Shown: positions 57,554 to 64,000 of the stretch, one piece after another
Layout: every line of letters begins with the position of its first letter
How positions within the stretch are numbered: the stretch's first letter is position 1
Source: Planctomycetia bacterium TMED53
GTDB lineage: Bacteria > Planctomycetota > UBA8108 > UBA1146
DNA: 64,000 nucleotides
Direction: 5' to 3'
Assembly: GCA_002167285.1 (NCBI GenBank)
Contig: NHDG01000062.1
Span: 804-64,803, forward strand
Made by a program: the position numbers and the translations under genes
The notes under the pieces: model-generated
What the model saw: only the letters and a program-made list of their open reading frames with translations
Database searches by the model: none
What the model was told of the DNA's origin: nothing

Positions 57554-58072
57554 GTGGAGAGATCTGTGACAGCGCATTTCAAGGGACAGTTCGAGCTGAC
57601 TCTCGATGACAAGGGGCGAGTGATCATCCCTTCTCGTCTGCGCGCAAGGATCGACCCTCGTTCCGACGGTGAGGGGTTTGTCGCCACCGCCGGAACGGCT
57701 CCATGCCTCTGGGTCTACACCTCTGCGGAGTGGGATCGGATTTCAGAAGAAGTTCGCCGCTACGAGAGGGGTTCTGCAGAACTGCATGAGCTTCAGCGTG
57801 ACCTCTTCGGTCGTGCCGAGGATTTGAATCCGGATCGTCAGGGTCGAGTGTTGTTGAATGACCGATTGCGCAACTGGGCACAGCTCGACAAAGAGTTGGT
57901 TTTCGTGGGTTGCTTCGATCGGATCGAGATCTGGGATTCAGCGGTCTGGTGCGAGCGCAATGAGGATCGTGAAGCTTACCAGGGCAGATTGGATGTGTTC
58001 CTAGAGGAGCACGGTGATTACGCAAGAAGAATGGATCGATTCTTCGGTGGTGGGTTCACCGAAGAGAATTAG
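57554..58072 (+). CDS. mraZ: Division/cell-wall cluster transcriptional repressor MraZ
   Basis: F.GQFELTLDDKGR..IP, DRQGRV, FVGCFDRIEIWD. Confidence 0.93.
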   Translation: MERSVTAHFKGQFELTLDDKGRVIIPSRLRARIDPRSDGEGFVATAGTAPCLWVYTSAEWDRISEEVRRYERGSAELHELQRDLFGRAEDLNPDRQGRVLLNDRLRNWAQLDKELVFVGCFDRIEIWDSAVWCERNEDREAYQGRLDVFLEEHGDYARRMDRFFGGGFTEEN

Positions 58073-58130
58073 GGGGAAGGGTTACCGGAGGGGAACCGGT
58101 AGTCCGGGGGAAAGTAACAGGGGGACGAAG

Positions 58131-58394
58131 ATGATTTCATTGCTAGATCAGCATGTGGATTCGAACCAGAGACAATCGCAGGTGGTCAGCAGGATTCGTG
58201 ATTTCCTGCAGACCGGTCAGTATTTGGATGAAGCACCGGAAGCAGTGCTTCGCGATTTGGATGAACTCTGGGATCGTATTCAGAGGGCTCAAGTCAAAGG
58301 ATTAAAGAATGTTCGCTTGTCGAGAAATCTGCATCGGGTTGCCCGAGCTAGAGCTCTTGGCAAGTTCATCGCGCCGACGCTTGATCATATTTGA
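58131..58394 (+). CDS. Small hypothetical protein (87 aa) between mraZ and rsmH
   Basis: ATG after a G-rich SD. Amphipathic helical sequence. Stop overlaps the rsmH TTG start (TTGA). Confidence 0.6.
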   Translation: MISLLDQHVDSNQRQSQVVSRIRDFLQTGQYLDEAPEAVLRDLDELWDRIQRAQVKGLKNVRLSRNLHRVARARALGKFIAPTLDHI

Positions 58395-59302
58395 TCGAGT
58401 CGTCGCTGATGGCTGGGCATGTTCCGGTCCTCCTCGAAGAAGTCATCCAGGGGATGTCTCCTTCGCCGGGGGAGCACTTGCTGGATCTGACCCTCGGTAG
58501 GGCAGGTCATTCTGTAGAAATCCTGCGTCGAACCGCTCCCGGTGGTCGGCTCGTGGGGGTCGATCGTGATCCGGTCGCCCTCGAAGAGTCTGCAACGAGA
58601 TTGCCAGCGGAGAGGGTTCTACTGATCCAGGGAGACTTCGGTCACTTGCCTCGCTTAAGGGAGCAGGTGGGGCACGATACATGGGATCTGGTCTTGGCTG
58701 ATCTAGGAGTCTCATCGCCCCAGATTGATGATGGGGAGCGGGGATTTTCTTTCCGTTTTGATGGCCCCCTCGATATGCGAATGGATCCCACTGAAGGGGA
58801 GACCGCAGCAGAGTACCTCGCTCGTATCGAAGAAACCGAGCTCGCGAGGATCATCCATGAGTACGGGGAGGATCGCCACTCCCGCAGGATTGCTGCAGCG
58901 ATCATTCGAGAGCGAAAGATTCAGCCGATCGAAACGACGTTGGTGCTGGCTCGATTGATCGAGGCGAATACCCCGAAGAGTTCAGATCACCATCTACATC
59001 CGGCGACTCGCACTTTTCAGGCATTGCGCATTGAAATCAATCGCGAACTGTCAGCATTGCAACACCTTCTCGATCGCACAGGTTCTCTGCTCTCTCCGGG
59101 TGGGCGCATCGCCATCCTCAGTTATCACTCCCTGGAAGACCGCAAGGTGAAGCAGTCATTCAAGGACCTGGTTCGTGAAGGGGACCACGAACTGGTAACG
59201 GTAAAACCGGTGCGTCCCGGTGAAGAAGAGATCAGCAGGAATCCCCGCTCCCGATCTGCCCGCTTACGAATATTGCGCAGGAAGCTGGGGGTGGAGAAGT
59301 GA
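58391..59302 (+). CDS. rsmH: 16S rRNA m4C1402 methyltransferase
   Basis: HVPVLL.E, DLTLG.AGH, DLGVSS.Q.D..ERGFSF, LDMRMD, HPATRTFQALRI, SYHSLEDR, NPRSRSA.LR. Confidence 0.97.
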   Translation: MIESSLMAGHVPVLLEEVIQGMSPSPGEHLLDLTLGRAGHSVEILRRTAPGGRLVGVDRDPVALEESATRLPAERVLLIQGDFGHLPRLREQVGHDTWDLVLADLGVSSPQIDDGERGFSFRFDGPLDMRMDPTEGETAAEYLARIEETELARIIHEYGEDRHSRRIAAAIIRERKIQPIETTLVLARLIEANTPKSSDHHLHPATRTFQALRIEINRELSALQHLLDRTGSLLSPGGRIAILSYHSLEDRKVKQSFKDLVREGDHELVTVKPVRPGEEEISRNPRSRSARLRILRRKLGVEK

Positions 59303-59625
59303 GTCGAAGCTCTCTACTGATCATCCTTTGGATTCTGATTGCCGGGTTTGGCCTGGCGTGGATCGGATCACAAAAGATATTGGCGATCTATGAGTACTCT
59401 CGGCAAAAAACAGAATCGAGGGAGCTTGATGAAGCGACCCAGGATCTCGAAATCGAACGTGAGCAATTACTTATGGAGTTGCTCCGTGAAAGTTCTGACG
59501 CAGAAGTGAGACCCCTCAGCGATTGGTCCAATATTGATTGGACGAGAGGGGCGGACGAGGCCGAGATACCAAACTTTTCAATTGAGGCCACAAGGAGCTC
59601 TATCGAGGAGCCACAGAAGTGGTGA
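59299..59625 (+). CDS. FtsL-like bitopic coiled-coil protein
   Basis: N-terminal TM, heptad Leu repeat, position between rsmH and ftsI. Confidence 0.6.
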   Translation: MSRSSLLIILWILIAGFGLAWIGSQKILAIYEYSRQKTESRELDEATQDLEIEREQLLMELLRESSDAEVRPLSDWSNIDWTRGADEAEIPNFSIEATRSSIEEPQKW

Positions 59626-59660
59626 ATCGGAAGATTTAAGCCTGCCCACAGAAAGGAAGA

Positions 59661-61880
59661 TTGGCACATATGTTTGACGGCAAGATGACGGATGCGGGCG
59701 GTGAGGGATTCAAGTTTCCACAGTTGGATGATCAAGTTTCTCCAACACGATGGACTTCAAGGCTCGGGTCGGTGGTTTATTACGGAATCATGGCGGGTCT
59801 GATATTAGTGCTCGCACGGGCCGCTTGGGAGCAGGTTTTCAAAAAAGATTATTGGACGATGCAGCAATCGCATGCTCAATCACGAACAGTTCTCGGGAAT
59901 GAACAGAGGGGAAGAATCCTCGATCGTCACGGTCGCTTTTTGGCTTTAGATCGGATCATCCAACAGGTGGCCATCGATCCCGATCAACTCTCTCGCCGAT
60001 ATCAAGAGTTGGATTTTGCGAGTGGAGTAAAGGTTGTTATCGAGGAGTTCAAAGAAGTTCTTCCCGTTCCTTTGCAGCCCGAGTGGTCGATTAAGGAAAT
60101 CTTGATCCGTCTCGAAGATTCGGGAGTCGAGTTCCTCAGAGCAAGAGAGGAAATGGAGCAGGAACTTCTCAACGCGGTTCGAAACAACCTACTGATTCGC
60201 GCTGGAGTTACTAAGGTTTATGAGGAAAAAAGCTCAAAGAAAGATGAGCCTATTGAATTGCCTCGTGTCCGATACCGGATGTTGGGGACGATTCCAGATC
60301 GTGAATCTCGAAAACAGGTCACCGAGGCCATCTTGGAAATCGAATCGAAAGAAGCGGGGTTGGGGTTAAAACTCTTCCCGCCAAGAGGGCAAAAGTTGCA
60401 ACGCTTTTACCCCTATGAAGACATTGGCCTGGTGGTGATTGGCGAGGTCGATCGCAAGAATCGATTCGGTTTGTGGGGGATGGAGAGTTATTGGGATCAT
60501 CAATTGAAGATGCTTTCAAGTATGCGCAAGCATCGAGCGACACCAGGTGGGCAAAGCCTGGGTTCCGATCGATTCGCGATTCCCGGTAAAGAAGGTACCG
60601 ATCTACGTACCACCATCGACATTCAGCTCCAGGCGAAATTGAATCATCTCGTCAAGGCGAACCAGCAGCGGACTGCCGCAAGACGAGTTTCTGCGGCGGT
60701 GGTCGATCCTTACACCGGTGAGATCCATGCGTGGACCACTTATCCAGCGCTGAAGAGAGGGCAACTCAACGAGCTGGCCACTGAGGATTTGATCAACGGA
60801 TCTGATGAAGGCATGAAGCAGGCGTTTTCACTGATGTCTCGTTTGCAGAGGGTTTCGATGGCACCGGGTTCGGTAGTCAAGCCACTGATTCTCGCTCGAG
60901 CCATCCAGTTGGGGGTTCCCCTCAAACTGCCCCTCGATGTCAGAGGTGAAAATCAACGGATCGAAGGTCGTTCCCGATGGTTTCGTGACAGCAGCCTGCT
61001 CAGGGAAAAAACGCCAGAGGGAGCGGTCGTATTCTCCAGCAACATCGGAATGGTGCTTCTCGGGGTCAAGCTTATGCGGATGCAGGATGTGGAATCGATC
61101 CTGCGTCAATTCGGTTTCGGTTCGAAAACTGGAATCGAGTTGCCCGGCGAAGAGCGCGGCCTCCTCAAGCCCATCCATCAGTGGAACCGCTACACTTGGG
61201 AGTCCGCCTGCTTCGGTTATGAAATGATGGTGACGCCGGTTCAGGTGATGCGCGCTTACATGGCCATCGCTAACGGGGGATATCTTCTTCGCCCGACGTT
61301 TTTGGTGAAGGAGCAAAGCGATCCCGGGGAGATCATTCTCTCTGAGGATGTGGCGCGGGAGTGCCGCCGAGTCTTGCGCCGTGCGGTCAAAGATGGAACC
61401 GGTCGTCATGTCGTTCACCATGTGGGGCCGGAATTGAAATCGTTGATTCGAAGTAGCGAGCTGGAGATCGCTGGAAAAACCGGTACCACAAAATTGATGA
61501 AAGAGGATGGAAGCGGATTTTCGGAGAACCGTTACAACTCCAGTTTTGTGGGATTTGCTCCTGTGGAGAATGCCCGCTTCTTAACGATCGTTCTCGTCGA
61601 GGAACCCACCCCGGAAGGCAAGATGTACTACGCCTCCAAATCGGCGGCTCCTCTGGGGGCGCAGATCCTCGCTTCTGCATTGAACTTGCGCGGATTTAAC
61701 CCCCTTTCAGTGCCCATCGATGAGTCCCTGGATTCGGCGACCGATTCTGCCAAGGGGAACTTGGCGATCTCTGGTGAGGCCGGTAATGTGGGGCACGGTG
61801 GTTTTGTAGGGGGGCAGACGCAGACTGCTGCAAGCGCCTCAGAGGATCAGGGGCAGGAGGGGGAGCCGGATCGGTGGTAA
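59661..61880 (+). CDS. ftsI: Class B penicillin-binding protein (FtsI/PBP3-like)
   Basis: TM, RGRILDR.G, SxxK (GSVVKP), SxN (SSNIG), KTG (AGKTGT). dcw position. Confidence 0.88.
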   Translation: MAHMFDGKMTDAGGEGFKFPQLDDQVSPTRWTSRLGSVVYYGIMAGLILVLARAAWEQVFKKDYWTMQQSHAQSRTVLGNEQRGRILDRHGRFLALDRIIQQVAIDPDQLSRRYQELDFASGVKVVIEEFKEVLPVPLQPEWSIKEILIRLEDSGVEFLRAREEMEQELLNAVRNNLLIRAGVTKVYEEKSSKKDEPIELPRVRYRMLGTIPDRESRKQVTEAILEIESKEAGLGLKLFPPRGQKLQRFYPYEDIGLVVIGEVDRKNRFGLWGMESYWDHQLKMLSSMRKHRATPGGQSLGSDRFAIPGKEGTDLRTTIDIQLQAKLNHLVKANQQRTAARRVSAAVVDPYTGEIHAWTTYPALKRGQLNELATEDLINGSDEGMKQAFSLMSRLQRVSMAPGSVVKPLILARAIQLGVPLKLPLDVRGENQRIEGRSRWFRDSSLLREKTPEGAVVFSSNIGMVLLGVKLMRMQDVESILRQFGFGSKTGIELPGEERGLLKPIHQWNRYTWESACFGYEMMVTPVQVMRAYMAIANGGYLLRPTFLVKEQSDPGEIILSEDVARECRRVLRRAVKDGTGRHVVHHVGPELKSLIRSSELEIAGKTGTTKLMKEDGSGFSENRYNSSFVGFAPVENARFLTIVLVEEPTPEGKMYYASKSAAPLGAQILASALNLRGFNPLSVPIDESLDSATDSAKGNLAISGEAGNVGHGGFVGGQTQTAASASEDQGQEGEPDRW

Positions 61881-63346
61881 TGGGGAATGGAGTCTCACTC
61901 TCTCACGAAAGTGTCCTGGATCTGCAAACGATCCTTGGATCTCCCCTCCATCCCGGTTCCGTGGATACCCGCTTCTCAAGACTGATTTGGGACGACCGGC
62001 AAGCGACTGAAGGTTCTGGTTCTGGAGATCTGTTCGTCGCCATCCGGGGAAGTCAATTTGACGGATCAGCGGCGATCCCCAAGTTGATTGAGCGAGGGAT
62101 TCGTGGAGTCGTCACTGAGACTGCACCACCTTCAAGCCTCTCTTCCGAAGTGACTTGGTGGCACGTGGATAATTCGCGGCAACAGTTTGCCCGTCTCGTC
62201 CACGAAGCCTATCGACAGCCAGGTCATGAACTCCAAGTTTTTGGAATTACCGGCACCAACGGCAAAAGTAGTACGGTGCGTATGCTCGCGAATTTGTTGG
62301 ATCAACCAAAGCGGACCGCAGGTTGGGTGACGACGGTGGATCGATCGGTCGCCGGATTGATATCCGAGAGCAACTGCACGACCCCTCCGGCACATGAGTT
62401 GGCAAGATTACTGAGGGATCACAGTGACGGAAATGGTGGTCCGATGGTGTTGGAGATCTCCTCCCACGCCATCGACCAGCATCGGGTGACTGGGATCCCT
62501 CTCGCTGCTGCAGCGATTACCCAATTGGGTAGAGATCATCTCGATTACCACGGGACCGAAGCCGCCTACCACGAAGTCAAAAGAAGTTTGCGCCATCAAG
62601 TCAGAGATGGGGGAGTCTTTTTAACTCCCAGTGCGGATCATTCGACAAAAGAGACCGTTGCATTTGCAGATTTTTTCAGTAGAGAGGTTTGGACTGCGAA
62701 GATATTAAGCCAGTCTCTTCAAGGTAGTCTCATCGAGCTCAAGGGCTCGGGGTTAAACTTCAAATGCAGATTGCCCAGAGCTGCTCGTCATGATGTTTCC
62801 AATGCTTTGTGCGCAGCCGCACTGGCGTCTTCTGTCGGAACATCCGCTGATCAGATTCTTCAGGGGCTCGAAGTGGCCAGCGCTGTGCCGGGTCGCTTGG
62901 AGCAGGTCTTCGATGGTGTTTTCGTCGATTATGCCCACACCCCCGACGCCCTTGAGGCGGTTTTGAAATCATGTCGCGAACTTTGCCAAGGTCGTCTTCG
63001 AGTCGTCTTTGGCTGCGGTGGGGATCGAGATACGGGTAAGAGGCCCCAAATGGGTCGGATCGCCAAGGAGTATGCGGATGAGATTTATCTCACCGACGAT
63101 AATCCGAGGTCTGAGCCCTCTGCAGAGATCTTGTGTCAGATCCGTTCAGGTATCGGCGACTCAGAAGTGGTTTACGAAGAATCAGATCGACGCGAAGCCA
63201 TCGCCATGGCTCTGCGAGAGCATGGCTCGGAAGATATTTTGGTCATCGCTGGTAAGGGGCATGAGACGACCCAGGAAGTCTGTGGTGTGAAGACTCCATT
63301 CGACGACCGGTTAGTGGTTCGAGAGATCATGGGGGTGACCTCATGA
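61874..63346 (+). CDS. murE: UDP-MurNAc-Ala-Glu--meso-DAP ligase
   Basis: GITGTNGKSS, TTP, EISSH, RDHLDYH, VDYAHTPDAL, FGCGGDRD..KRP.MG, DNPR, AGKGHE. Confidence 0.95.
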   Translation: MVMGNGVSLSHESVLDLQTILGSPLHPGSVDTRFSRLIWDDRQATEGSGSGDLFVAIRGSQFDGSAAIPKLIERGIRGVVTETAPPSSLSSEVTWWHVDNSRQQFARLVHEAYRQPGHELQVFGITGTNGKSSTVRMLANLLDQPKRTAGWVTTVDRSVAGLISESNCTTPPAHELARLLRDHSDGNGGPMVLEISSHAIDQHRVTGIPLAAAAITQLGRDHLDYHGTEAAYHEVKRSLRHQVRDGGVFLTPSADHSTKETVAFADFFSREVWTAKILSQSLQGSLIELKGSGLNFKCRLPRAARHDVSNALCAAALASSVGTSADQILQGLEVASAVPGRLEQVFDGVFVDYAHTPDALEAVLKSCRELCQGRLRVVFGCGGDRDTGKRPQMGRIAKEYADEIYLTDDNPRSEPSAEILCQIRSGIGDSEVVYEESDRREAIAMALREHGSEDILVIAGKGHETTQEVCGVKTPFDDRLVVREIMGVTS

Positions 63347-64000
63347 GACCCTTGAATCTTGTAGAGCTCGTCCACTTGTTACAGAGCCCGACAAAGATCC
63401 GCTTTGATTCTCATTCTGGTTTAACGGTTCATCCCCAACGCTGTGAGGAGTTGTTGAAAGACCCTCACTTCCGTATCAGGGGCGTGGCCATCGATAGTCG
63501 CCACGTGAAGAACGATTTTTTGTTTGCTGCCCTGAAAGGTGAAAACTGCCACGGGCTCGATCACGCAGGAAGCGCATTCGATTCAGGGGCTTGTCTTCTC
63601 ATGAGTGAGAAGGGCAAAGCGGCAGATCATCCACTCCCGGTTCTCGAAGTGGACGATGTGCAACAGGCATTGGTTCACCTGGCGACTTCATTACAAAGTT
63701 CTGAGTTTGATCCACCAAAGACTGTTGCTGTCACCGGGAGTGTCGGTAAAACCACGACGTGCCATTTGGGAGCACAGCTTTCAAAGGGCACCTACTCTGT
63801 GCACTCACCGAGGGGCTCCTTCAATAACTTTCTCGGCTTACCGGTGACGATTCTGGAAGCCCCGGAAGAGACAGATTTGCTTTGGCTGGAGCTGGGAACC
63901 AATCAACCCGGTGAGATTTCAGCTTTGGCGCAAATCAGTCAACCCCATGTGGCGATCGTCACAGCAGTGGGTGCGACCCACCTCGAGGGACTTGGCTCTG
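63343..64000 (+). CDS. murF: UDP-MurNAc-tripeptide--D-Ala-D-Ala ligase, 3'-truncated by window edge
   Basis: Absent from the ORF track. Hand translation from ATG 63343 gives IDSR, LFAALKGE, AVTGSVGKTTT, SFNN.LGLP.T, ELGTNQPGEI, HLEGLG. Confidence 0.92.
   Translation, partial: MRPLNLVELVHLLQSPTKIRFDSHSGLTVHPQRCEELLKDPHFRIRGVAIDSRHVKNDFLFAALKGENCHGLDHAGSAFDSGACLLMSEKGKAADHPLPVLEVDDVQQALVHLATSLQSSEFDPPKTVAVTGSVGKTTTCHLGAQLSKGTYSVHSPRGSFNNFLGLPVTILEAPEETDLLWLELGTNQPGEISALAQISQPHVAIVTAVGATHLEGLGS

Noticed and set aside
63532-63541. 10-nt complement of the candidate sRNA seed inside murF, and an 8-nt one near plsY
   Set aside because: Matches this short are expected by chance in 64 kb and are not at an RBS.
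1-64000. tRNA, rRNA, CRISPR array, transposase, integrase, prophage or defence island
   Set aside because: No cloverleaf or T-loop signatures in the spacers, no repeat-spacer periodicity, and no mobile-element motifs. The content is housekeeping.

Overview
Gene-dense 64 kb stretch of core bacterial chromosome with about 58 CDS. I found no rRNA, tRNA, CRISPR array, prophage or IS element. The RpoN N-terminus style, an FHA-Ser/Thr kinase, MshEN-like proteins and many membrane-anchored hypotheticals suggest an uncultured, probably deep-branching Planctomycetota lineage (inference). Main blocks, in order: hisS (partial) - hydrolase - orphan E1-alpha; a lipid A/LPS-core region (LpxL-like, DUF374, GT9, lpxK, hldE, waaF) interleaved with two apparent pseudo-enzymes, a stand-alone MshEN-like mini-protein, a DHS-fold-like unknown and two PilT ATPases; mrp, a CxxC-less thioredoxin, a candidate sRNA, ino1, rpsU, lnt and rpoN; an ABC-GldG-DUF4340 operon; plsY - gpsA - degenerate PII - glnA - larE - GT2 - cmk - plsC - rpsA - tyrS; a minus-strand dnaE - yggS - FHA kinase - DUF167 - PNP - clpP - purN run; and the start of a dcw cluster (mraZ, an inserted small ORF, rsmH, ftsL-like, ftsI, murE, partial murF). 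Best leads: the pseudo-FGGY/pseudo-ARH pair and MshEN/PilT genes inside the LPS locus, the DHS-like gene fused into an operon with hldE, a promoter-plus-terminator sRNA at 19273-19366, the effector-site-less PII before glnA, and recurring G-quadruplex-type tandem repeats in intergenic spacers. All family calls come from motif recognition by eye, and no searches were run. Many start codons are moved from the ORF track using RBS and overlap evidence.
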